NCBI GenBank assembly: GCA_964016885.1
Contig: OZ024766.1
Coordinates: forward strand, 15,252,001-15,316,000
DNA: 64,000 nucleotides
Direction: 5' to 3'
From: Eledone cirrhosa
Lineage: Eukaryota
Positions 1-11,282 of this stretch are shown piece by piece; position 1 is the stretch's first letter, and the number at the start of each line of letters is the position of its first letter. The translations under genes were made by a program, and so were the position numbers. Below the pieces are notes generated by a model. It did not search any database. It had not been told where the DNA came from and worked only from the letters and a program-made list of their open reading frames with translations.

Positions 1-2170
1 AATGATCAGCAAATGTGCATGTGGCAATCCTCTTTTTTGGAATTCAATTACGTATGTAAAAGCAACTATACTTCCAAAGATTCCCTCTTTTTCCACATCA
101 TCCATTATCTTTTTCAGATATCCTTTGAATACTCTTGCCACAATATCAGGACGGTCCTTTGGCTGTTGTCCTGGCAAAAGTGCATCCTTAATATCAGTCC
201 ATTCAGGATTGCATGTAACCGTTATAAACAAATCTGGCTTTCCAAACTTTCTGACAATAGCCATTGCATCCTGATAGCGAATGTTCATATATCTCGGGCC
301 GCCGATGAACGACGATGGAAAAATGATGCGTCGACCAATTTGCTTGTAATTGGCATCATTGGCTGTTATCGCATCCTGTATATTATTATACAATTCAGCT
401 CTGATATGTTGCTGATGTGTAGCTATATAATTTAGCCTTTGATTTTCGATCTTTGCGTATGCCATACAACAGTATTCCTGGAACAATCTGCTGGCTTGAA
501 ATAGCGCATTTCTCTGTTGATTCCTCTCGTTCAAATGGAACGCGTAAAAGTCGCGAATCGAATTATTGTGTCTATTGCCACCTCCCTGTTGATGCTGATT
601 CTCATGATCATCTAAATGAACAGACATGTTCCATCCATTTTCACCTTTTGGGAATAAAAGAACATAATGCAATGGATGGTATGTCCTATTTGACTCATTG
701 ATAGTTTTGAGACCACCATCTCTGCGATTGAGGGCGATATCTCTCGATCCAGGCTTATCGTCCATCAACACAGCAACTTCACGAAATCATTTAGGGGCAT
801 TATATCGCCGTTCGTGTTGATTCCTTGGCACTGCGTTAGCCTTAATCATCAATGTTTGTTGCTGAACATTCTGCAGTTCAGCCACCAACATGAAATCCAT
901 AACATAAGGATTACACTGTCTAAGCCATGATTGCAAATCATGGATCAAATCACTTAACCTTTGCCGTTCAAGTTCAGTTATATTTCCCAGCAACTTCATC
1001 CAACCGATCCTGATATCCTCCTCCGATTCACTATAATCTGGATCGTTAACGTAAATTTGAGCGAATCAAGGCCTCTCTCCTGGGGTAACTTCTAAATTAC
1101 CGATACAATGATACAAACGGCATTGAATGACGACATTCGGTTGCCATGCTCCACTCTCAAACATCTAACTCTCTGCGATGCTAAAGCTAATAAATTGTTA
1201 ATTTGCCGCGAATATTTGCGCAGTAATCTACCTCGGTCTCATTGATCACCCCACATACTTAGTATTTTAAACTTCGGTGACTCCCCATCATCCGGCATTC
1301 GCAAAGGTTCTAGTTGAACTGCTCCTTTGTGACAGCACATTGTGGTCCACGTCTTTTCGTGCCACCAAAGCAATGCTCCACAATGTGGAGACCCTGCTCG
1401 TCCACCAATCTGACAGTGACACGGTTGCCATGATCCATTTTTGATATCATTCGTTCGCCTTCTAGCCTCTTTACTGGAATGAGGAGCACTTTGCGACACA
1501 TTCCCTGAACTTCTGTATTGCGCTGGTGCTGTTCAGCCAGCTCCTCTTCATCCATCGGAGCACGCCATTGCTGCTGAATTCTGGCCACCTGCTGATGATG
1601 CTCAGCCAGTTCGTTTTTCAACCATCGCAGCACTCCGTCGCCGCTGTAGTTCACTGTTTGATAAAGTCGAATTGCTTTTCTTATCAGTATTCATTTGGAG
1701 CAATTGTAAAAAAAAATGACACAATAATAAATATAAAAGATGTCCGTCAATGTAAAGAAAGGTCCCTATTTACTCCCTTCACAACTCTGTGTATGACAGA
1801 CAGGCACACAGACAGATAAACTGCGCGGCGATTGTGGAACGTCACACACATACACGCATGGAAACGCGCACACGCCCGCAAACTTACACACGCACACACT
1901 CACACATGTTGATAGTTTTTACTTTCTGTGGAACACTGCACGCACGCACACACACATAAACATACGCGCACATACATACACACGCATACATGTTAATAGT
2001 TATTGAACACAGCGTTCACACTCTCCCCTCTCACTCCCTCATTGGCATTATGCATATTAATTTCAGTTTGGCGTCGTTGGGGTGGGCGGAGTCGTTTGAA
2101 ACCTATGAACCAATGATAATCGAGAATTGTGACACACGGAATACTGACGTTCTTCAAATTAATATATAGA
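1..2170 (-). mobile_element. Helitron, 5' part (runs off the window start), with degenerate RepHel coding sequence
   Basis: The minus strand of 1-340 reads GRRIIFPSSFIGGPRYM..YQDAMAIVRKFGKPDLFITVTCNP..RPDIVARVF..YVIEFQKRGLPHAHLLII, i.e. Helitron Rep HUH motifs 1 and 2. Further RepHel-like fragments lie at 787-1400 with frameshifts and stops. A 5' terminus A|TCTATATATT begins at 2170. Confidence 0.9.
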
Positions 2171-2940
2171 TATATATATATCATCATCATCATCATCATT
2201 TTACGTCCACTTTTCTCTGCTTGCAAGCCATGTGCCTCTTCCTATATATACATATATACTATATACATATACACACATATACATATATATATATGTATGT
2301 ATATATATATATGTATATATATATATACGTACTTAATACATGCATACATTTATTTTTTTAAAATTAATTGAGTTCTTAACACGCAGGATTAAAATTGTTT
2401 TTAAAAAAACTAATTAACCCACGTGTATATTATTTTACTTTCTTATGTTTCGCGATTGCCTCCCTTTTCCGCTTCGTGACGCTGTGAAATTCCTCAGTCT
2501 AGGACTGCTGGAATTTCAAATTTGGCGGTCATTATGATGCGTGAAGGGACGACTTAGCTGACACAAAAATAATTGCGGTAAGAAATTTTTTCTTATATCA
2601 ATGTTTGAAGGGCATCCACTGATGATTTATAAGTGCCCACCTGCATATGTTCTTACAGAAAAATATGTAGGCTTCTACATAAACAAGAAACATTCTCCCA
2701 ACTTGTAGAAAACTTATAATGAAACAATTGTTTGGAAAGAGAGATATATTTTAATTTTAATTATATCTCATATAAAATAATACAACTGGCTTTCCACAAA
2801 ATACATATAGTTAGCACCCCAAACACAAAATTGGGATTATACTAAGGTATATCCTAATGTTTGTTGAGTGAGATGGTAGCCAGTCAGAGTTTAGCTTAAA
2901 GCTTTCTCTGTTACTGTATTAAATATATGTATCTATATAT

Positions 2941-5930
2941 ATCACCTTGACCGACCAGTCTGTCGGGCGTCCATTCGGCGCCGCTGGTCACAGCACGCCG
3001 TCCATTCCTCTCTGGATTGTGCTTTCCTCATCCATGTAGTCCCAATCATATTCCTAAAATGATCTGCCACCTTCATGGAGGCCTTCCGAGTGGTCGCTTC
3101 CACTCGCACGGGTACCACTCCGCAACTGCGCAGGTCCAGCGATTATCGGTGAACCGGGCGACGTGTCCAGCCCATCTGAACTTGCTGCGTATATATTGCG
3201 CGATGACGTCCCTCACGTCGGACTTCTGTCTGATGACTTCGCTCCTGATGTGCTCTCTCAACGAGATTCCTAGCATTGATCTCTCCATGGCTCTTTGAGC
3301 CGTTACCAGCCTCTGCTCTTCTCTCTTCGTTGTAGCCCAAGTTTCACTGCCATATAACTTTGTAGGTAAAACTGTGCTATTGAAGAAGTTGGCTTGGGCG
3401 ATCTTGTCTAACCTCCCCTTGAGCACATCCCTTATGCCGCTGAACACCTTCCATCCGGCCTTTACTCTCTGCGAGATCAGCCTCTCAATGTCTCAGCGCA
3501 TGTTCACTTCTTGTCCTAGGTAGACGTATTCCTCCACCTCCTCTATTTCATCACCACCAACCACCATTCGACCTGTTGGTATGTTGTCGGACCGCATGAA
3601 GTTCATTTTCATGCTGTTCATCTTGAGGCCTACTGCAGAGCTTTTGATGTCGAGCTCCGTCAGCATGGTCTGAAGCCGATCCGTGGTTTCAGCGATGAGT
3701 ACGATGTCATCAGCGAAACGGAGGTGGGTAAGTATCTCCCCATTGATGGTGACACCGCCTTGCCAGTCAATGCCTCTGATGATCTGCTCGAGACACGCGG
3801 TGAAAACTTTTGGAGAGATCGTATCTCCTTGCTTCACTCCCTTCTCGACCGGCACTCGTACGGGTGATGACAGCAGAGCTGTGTCGGTGGTGCATCCGGA
3901 ATTCGCCTCCTTGAGCAGTTGAACGTATTGCGCCTCGACTCCTTGCCTCTGCAGCGAGTTCAGCACTGCGTTGATTTCGACGCTGTCGAAGGCCTTCTTG
4001 TAGTCTACGAACGCGACGCAAAGAGGCATCTTGTACTCTTTTGCTTGCTCAAGCAGTTGTGTCAGAGTAAATATGTGGTCCATCGTGCTGTAGTTCTTCT
4101 GGAAGCCGGCTTGCTCTTTCGGTTGCGGTTCGTCCAGATGATGTGATAACCTGTTCAGGATTATCTTCGTGAACAGCTTGTACACGTGAGACAGCAGGAA
4201 TATGGGTCAGTAGTTCTTCAGATCTTCTCTATCGCCCTTCTTTTATAGCAGGATGGTATTCGACTCTTTCCACTGCGAGGGTATTCTTCCCTCGTCCAGA
4301 TCGTGTGTGAATCGCTCGGCGAGGATTTCCAGAGCTGCTCTCCGCCTGACTTCAACACCTCCGATGTTATTCCGTCTTTCCCTGGCGCCTTTCCGCTTTT
4401 CATTACACCTACGGCTCTTTCGACCTCACCGACAAGGATGGGTGGCACATTTTCTTCCTGTTGGAGTGACGGCAACGGCTGCACATTCCCGGCAGACTTG
4501 AAGAGCTTGGTGTAGAAGTCTTCGTAAATCTTTTCCATCTCATTCTTGTCGCTGACCGGTACTCCAGCTGTGTTCTTCAGGGTCGTCACCTTCGATCTGT
4601 ACATTGCCATGTCCGTCTCGCATTTCTTGAGGCTCTTCTTTTCCTCTGCGGCCTTCAGGAGCTTCCCCATCCGGTATGCCTCGAAGTCTCTCTTCAGTTG
4701 ACGTATCACTCTGCTGAGAAGGGAATATTCGAGGTGATTTTCAGGTGTCCTCTTCATAATCTTCCTCTTCTCAAGCAACTTCATAGTTTCCTCCCAGACT
4801 CTTCCCTTCCGCTCCTTCGGGAACACACCCTTAGCCTTCCTCAAGCACTCCTTCAGTTTCCTTACCAGTGAGTCGTAGTCAGCGTCTATGCCGTCTCCTT
4901 TACACCACTTTTCCTGCATGATGGCTTCCTGCTGCTGCGCCTCGTTGAAGACCCAGACGCATTCTCCCCTTGCCGCCAAATGCAGCGCCTTCTTCTCCCT
5001 CGTCCGATCGATGACGACCTTCGCCCTCACCAGACGATGATCACTGCCAGTGTTAAATGGCGTTATGACGGAGACGTCCTGCAGTATACGTGGCTTGTCG
5101 ACCAGGATGTAGTCGATCTCGTTTCCGTGCTCAGAATTTAGCGATACCCAGGTCCATCTTTTCTCCTCCTTCTTCCTGAATAGGCTGTTTCCGATGTAGA
5201 GCCGTCTCATCTCCGCCATGGTGACCAGACACTCTCCTCTCATTTCGATATCCCAGGCCGAATTTTCCTACATACTCTTCCCCTTGCCGTCCCTGTCCGA
5301 CCTTTGCGTTGAAGTCTCACATCACGACGGTGTAAGTGGACTTCACAGTTAGCACTTTGTCTAGCTGGCGATAGAATTCTTCCACTTCCTCGTCGTCGCT
5401 GGCATTTGTGGGAGCGTAGGTCTGGATGATCTTGAGGGTGGCCTTCCCTGAGAGGTTTACGTTCAGTACACCAATCCGTGACGATATGAACTGGCAAGAA
5501 GCGACCTTCGAAGCCCATTCCTTGCTTACGATAAACCCTATACCAATCTGGCATCCTCTGCTTTCCCGAGTCTCACGGCGCATCCATCTTGCCATCGGGA
5601 ATTCTCCTCCTTCTTCTGGCGGGTCTCGCACAGCCCTAACACGTCCCACCTGATCTTCTTCTTCTCCTCCATTAGGTGGTTCAGTCCTTGCCCCCCCCCC
5701 CTGCCAAAGACCTGGAGTTGTATGTGCATATGGCAAGGTTAGTCCTGTTCCATGGCGGCCTTCGGGAACCTGTGATTTTTAGCAGCCTCTCGTCGCTCGG
5801 GTCGCACTCCGCCGTCATGGAGCAGCCCGATTGACTCGCAGGGTACTGAGGCCCTTTTCTTCGTGCTGTTTTAACCATAAGATGACGCCATCCCATTGGC
5901 TGGGCGGGCAGGCCGGTACCTCTTCAGTTT
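2941..5930 (-). mobile_element. RTE-clade non-LTR retrotransposon (family A), near full length, frameshifted APE endonuclease + reverse transcriptase
   Basis: APE motifs (ICTYNSRSL, GLCETR, IIQTYAPT, NEIDYIL, GSDHRLV), RT motifs (QAGF, FVDYKKAFDS, KGVKQGDTISP, LRFADDIVL) and an RTE C-terminus (YGSETW..RWAGHVAR..RPLGRPP), split across several frames. Confidence 0.92.
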
Positions 5931-6002
5931 AGCTAGCTTTTGAACTCTAGAAGATGATGAATCATCTCTAGGACCCAATTCGGGTCAAACAAATAAAAAA
6001 AA

Positions 6003-6053
<51 letters not shown>

Positions 6054-6057
6054 CATA

Positions 6058-6193
6058 TACTTGGGGAGGTTCATATTGCTGTAATAATATTGCCAGAAAT
6101 AATAACAGAACACACTCACTGTTTGGTTGGTTTTCGCTTCTGTATCTTTTATATCTCCATAGTTAATTTATTTGGCAATCAAAGAACTTTGTT

Positions 6194-6251
<58 letters not shown>

Positions 6252-6396
6252 TATATATATCTGTATATTTAACCATTGGTCAATCAATGCCAAATAAATT
6301 AACTATGGAGATATAAAAGATACAGAAGCGAAAACCAACCAAACAGTGTTATTATTTCTGTCAATATTATTACAACAATATGACCCACTCCAAGTA
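6058..6396. repeat. Foldback element: ~110-120 bp inverted arms around a (TA)n spacer
   Basis: 6058-6177 (…tttggttggttttcgcttctgtatcttttatatctccatagttaatttatttggca) is the reverse complement of 6288-6396 (tgccaaataaattaactatggagatataaaagatacagaagcgaaaaccaaccaaac…). Confidence 0.85.
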
Positions 6397-6431
6397 TAAC
6401 AATATATATATATATATATATATACATATAT

Positions 6432-9400
6432 ATCATCATCATCATCATCATCATTTAACGTCCGTGTTCCATGCTTGCATGGGTTTGGACGGGAGTTTTC
6501 CCACTTGAGGCAAGAGTGGTTGTCTTGCTCGCATAGGACTGTCTGGCGGGTTTTCTACGGCTGGATGCCCTTCCTAACACCAACCACATTTACAGTGTGG
6601 ACTGGGAGGTTTTTACCGTGTTGCCTACACGGCCACATTACAGTGTGGACTGTCTGGCAGGTTTTCTACAGCTGGATGCCCTTCCTAACACCAACCACAT
6701 TTACAGTGTGGGACTGGGAGGTTTTTACCGTGTTGCCTACACGGTCACATTACAGCGTCGATTGTGTTTTTTTTGTCGTGACACCTACACGATCTCATTT
6801 GTTTCGGCTTGGATTTTGTGGCACCAACATAACTTTACATTGAAAGGGGCGGTGTGGATGGGTGGGGGTGGTGGGACGGGGGTGTATTTTGTTAGAGATG
6901 CCTACTGATTGTAGTAGGTTTTACTTTGTATTTAGGTAACGCGGGTCTTCTCTATTACTGAGTACCGCCAAAGCTCTCGGTCCAGTGACATTGTCTTGGA
7001 GAGGTGTAAGTGTGTGAGGTCGGAATTTATCAGCTCGTCCCAGGTTTTTCTGGGTCTGCCTACTCCGTGGCTACCGTCTATCTTTATTGCCCTGCACTTT
7101 GCTATACAGCTGTCGTCTTTCATGCGCATCACGTGACCATACCAACGTAGCCTTCTCTCGAGTAAACAACATCTGATCCCTCTTATTTCTAATTTTTTCC
7201 TTAGTTGGTTTATGCTTTGCCGTTCGAGTATATTACTATTACACATCCAGCGGAGCATACAAGCTTCGTTCCTCTCTAGTCTGCGTATATCCTCTGCACA
7301 CAATGCCCAGGTCTCACTGCCATGCAACATTGCTGTTTGTATGCAGGCATCATACAACCTGCCTTTTATTTTTAGGGAGAACCCTTTAGCGGCTAATAGT
7401 GGTATAAGCTCTCTGAACTTTTTCCATCCAGTTCTGACACTAGCTACTGTACTTTCGGAGCACCCTCCCCCACTGCTGATTTTGTCACCCAGGTAACGGA
7501 AGCTGTCCACTATTTCTATAGAACCCTCTGCGCAGTTGAAAGAGCTAGTATTTTGTGGGCACTTGCTGCTACTTATTGCACCAAATTACCGGCCACATGT
7601 AAAATCTGTGTTCTTAGTTAGCTTACCTGTGATCCCACTACATCTTTTATGCACCCATACTTTGCATTTGGGACATAAAATGGAGTTTCTACCTACGCCT
7701 TTCCTACACACTGAGCATGGCCATTTCCCGGAAGGGACCGGCGCCTTATTTTCTTTCCTACAAACTAGAACTTTAGTCTTAGCCATGTTAATTTTAAGGC
7801 CTTTTGATTCTAGGCCGTGCTTCCATGTTTGGAATTTCTTCTCTAGCTCGGCCATTGATTCAGCTATGAGCGTTAGGTCATCTGCGTATAGGAGTTCCCA
7901 TGGGCAGCCGGTCTTGAACTCCTCTGTTATAGCCTGAAGAGCAATAATGAATAGTAGGGGGCTAAGAACAGAGCCCTGATGGACACCAACTTTTACGCTA
8001 AACTCTTCACTATATTCGTTGTTAATTCTAACCTTGCTCACTGTTTCTTTATACATGGCTTGTATAGCTCTCACAAGCCATTCATCAACACCTAGTTTTC
8101 TAAGAGCCCACCATATAATGGAACGGGGGACTCTGTCGAAGGCTTTCTCCAAGTCGACAAAGGCTAAGTATAGGGGTTTACTTTTAGCTAGGTACTTCTC
8201 CTGTAGTTGTCGTACAATGAAAAGAGCGTCTGTGGTACATTTGCCTGACATAAACCCGAACTGCATTTCATCTAGATCGATTCTCTCTCTCATTAGTTGC
8301 ACTATTACTTTTTCCGTGACCTTCATGACCTGGTCGATTAATTTAATCCCTCTATAGTTACTCCTATCTAGGGCGTCTCCTTTACCCTTGTAACAGTTAA
8401 TGATGATGCTGCTACGCCAGTCCTTCGGAACAACCCCATTCTGTATGACTTGGTTTACTATCCGGGTGACCATGGTGTGTCCCACCGTTCCAGAGGCCTT
8501 CAGCATCTCAGCAAATATTTCCGAAGGCCCAGCCGCCTTACCCGTCTTCATATCTTTGATTGCCTTACTTATTATACTACCTTCAACTAACACTGCTGGT
8601 CCCTCTATTGGATCGATCTGGGGGAGACTATCCTTCTCCCATTTATTCTCCTCATTTAGTAGCCTCTCGTAGTGACACTTCCAAGCTACCTTCTTTTCAG
8701 CGTCAGTGATGGCGAGTACGCCATCATCATTTAGTACACACTTCTCCCCAACAATATCATGGTTTTCCTTGACACATTGCCTAGCAATCCTGAACACCTC
8801 ACGTTTTTGGTCCTCGCGTTGTAGAACATGCTTGAACTTTCTTTCCTCTGCTTCCCTTCTTGCGAAGTACACTTGTCTCCTAGCTTCCCTCCTGGCCACT
8901 TGATAGTTTTCTCTACTTCCCCCATCCCGCCATACTTTCCAAGCCTGCTTTTTGGCCTTAATCGACTCCTCCACCTTACTGTTCCACCACCATGTTACTC
9001 TCCTCCTGCCTATAGGCCTGCTCCGGCCACAGACTTCGTCTGCCGCCAGCAGCAGGTTTGCTTTCAGGAATTCCCACTGTCCCTCTATATTGTCCGACTC
9101 TAAATGCTCTTCCTTACTGTCGAAAGCATCAAGTAATATACTTTGAAATTTATTTCTGGCTGTGGGGTCCTTTAGCTTCCATATTTTTCTCTTGAGGATA
9201 GTCCTCTTCTGCTGTCGAGTACGTCTCGTCCTGACTATGAGGTCGCTAATTATCAGTCTATGTTGGGAGGTGCATTCTTCATGGGGGAGGGATTTAGTGT
9301 TTACAACAGACACTCTGTCACGTCTTCTGGTAAGGATATAATCTACCTGGCTGGTATGTTCCCCTGATCTGTAGGTGATCAAGCGATTGTCTCGTTTTTT

Positions 9401-9940
9401 GAAGTTAGTGTTACAGATATATTTCTTTTAAAGTCTTATTTTAATTATTCTGTCGTTTACTCTATTTACGTCTATTATCTTATCCACCCATTTTTCTGCT
9501 AACATGATTCCTACCCAACCCAGCCCATTGTCATTTCCCAGCCCATTGTCATTTCCCAGCCAGAAAAGCTTATAGCATCGTTTTTACCCACAATGAATCT
9601 AGCAGACCCGCCCCTCCATCTGGTCTCTTGGATACAGCAAACATCAACCTCCTTACGTTCAAGCATTTCTACAACCTCGTTAGAGCGGCCTTTTAAGGTG
9701 CCTACATTCTTGGTACCAACTCTGAAGTTTTGGATTGCGTTTGGTGGGTAGGGCGCAGGGAGGGGTGAGGGGGATGGGGTTGGGGTTATGTTGGTTATCC
9801 GCGGCCGCAACAAAGAGGAGGAGGCCTTGCCCTTTCGTCCGGCAGCATGACGTGAATTTGTCGTTATCTTTGGCATTGTCTTCGAGTGTCCAGATTCTTC
9901 AGACTCTCCAGAAATTACTTAGTCCATCCATCATATCGAA
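6432..9940 (-). mobile_element. RTE-clade LINE (family B, with PHD-like finger), near full length but disrupted
   Basis: APE start (RVGTKNVGTL..CCIQETRW), internal APE deletion near 9420, RT (FVDLEKAFDRV, GVHQGSVLSP, LLYADDL), CxxC..CxxC..HxxC..CxxC insert, C-terminus with RWYGHV..GRPRKTW, 3' UTR with a ~110 bp duplication, and a (CAT)n tail at 6432-6453. Confidence 0.93.
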
Positions 9941-10190
9941 AAGTAACCAGAAGTGATAGCATAGGCCGTTGACTTGTGATTGGTCCAAATAATAAAGCTG
10001 GAGAATGGGGGGGGGGGTATGGGGTAGTTAGCGAGGAGAAGATTATTTAGAACAGTCAGACAGAATTATAGAATAGCAATTATGAAGTAGGATTTGGATT
10101 CTGGGCGATTATAGATATATGGATGAATGAACTGAAGGGTGGGAGACAAGAAGAAAATGTTATTTATACATTACATTTCATATGTATATT

Positions 10191-10244
<54 letters not shown>

Positions 10245-10245
<1 letters not shown>

Positions 10246-10722
10246 CGGAAAAGATGAAACGATATTTCATTTCCCACTCTTAGTACGGCTGTTACTTAAA
10301 TATAAGTATGTACACGTACACACATATATGCATACCGACGTACAGTAGTATGTATATATATATATACATACATGCACACATATATATATGCATGTATGGA
10401 TTCACCGAATATTTATTATAATGCTCGGTGTGTTTGTAAACAAACATCCCGTATTAAGCCGTAGTGTCTAGCAACCACCGTTGCTCGTTTGTAGCCCGTT
10501 AATATGCATAAGGTAAGTATATACGTTCAACAATCTGGCAGGAAGGTATACGTTGCTGACGATAGCTAACAAGCTTGAAACTAGTACAGCGTTCCTTTGT
10601 CAGTGTTGAACAAACGAGCAACGGTGGTTGCTAGACACTACGGCTTAATACGGGATGTTTGTTTACAAACATTATAATAAATATTATAATAAATATTCGG
10701 TGAATCCATACGTGCATATATA
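10245..10722. mobile_element. Non-coding hammerhead-bearing element (family A) with ~100 bp inverted arms; Penelope pLTR/retrozyme-like
   Basis: 10398-10492 is the reverse complement of 10611-10707 (small indels), and the spacer contains a hammerhead motif. Related sequence recurs at 20400-20810 and 37970-38095. Confidence 0.65.
10550..10592 (+). ncRNA. Type I minimal hammerhead ribozyme motif (family A)
   Basis: ACGTTG-CTGACGA-TAGCtaacaaGCTT-GAAA-C-ta-GTA-CAGCGT. Stem I is ACGTTG/CAGCGT, the core is CUGANGA..GAAA, stem III is palindromic (ACTAGT) and the cleavage triplet is GUA. Confidence 0.8.
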
Positions 10723-11282
10723 TATTAATCTGTTATTTTAATAAATATTTTCTCTACAGTTCTTATATATTTGATATATATTTATCCTTATTGAGCCCTC
10801 TTTGGATTTTAGTCTTCAATTTTATTATTATTACTATATATATATATATATATACACATATAATTGTGTATTCACACATTATCTTAGTAATGATATAATA
10901 ATTTTAGTAAATTGTTCAAAATTCTTCATTAACCATTTTGGTAGAAACCCAGCCAAAATAGGTTCTCGTTATATGGAAATGGTTCCTATCTAAATTAAAG
11001 TCTTCCAACGAAATTCTATATAACAACCATATGTTATGTTACTATGTTAGTAATTAACTAACAATTGTGATAAATAGCCCAAATTATTCATAATTAATTG
11101 AAATACGAGGTTCATAATTATAATAAAATCTTCGAACAGGCTACGAAGCCGGTAAACCTTAAAGGTACGCAACACACACATCGCTATAGCGTTTCACCTG
11201 CCAATTCATTCCTCAATCATTACATAGATGTGTGTGTATGTAATAAATATTTTGTATTGTGTCTATTTATGAATATGTATGA

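Noticed and set aside
2445-2630. Partial hammerhead-like boxes (tttcg…, tcctcag, ctgatga)
   Set aside because: Core boxes are incomplete or lack pairable stems.
5760-5930. HDV-like ribozyme at the 5' end of RTE family A
   Set aside because: RTE 5' UTRs can carry one, but I could not assemble a consistent P1/P1.1/P2/P3/P4 fold by eye; it needs a descriptor search.
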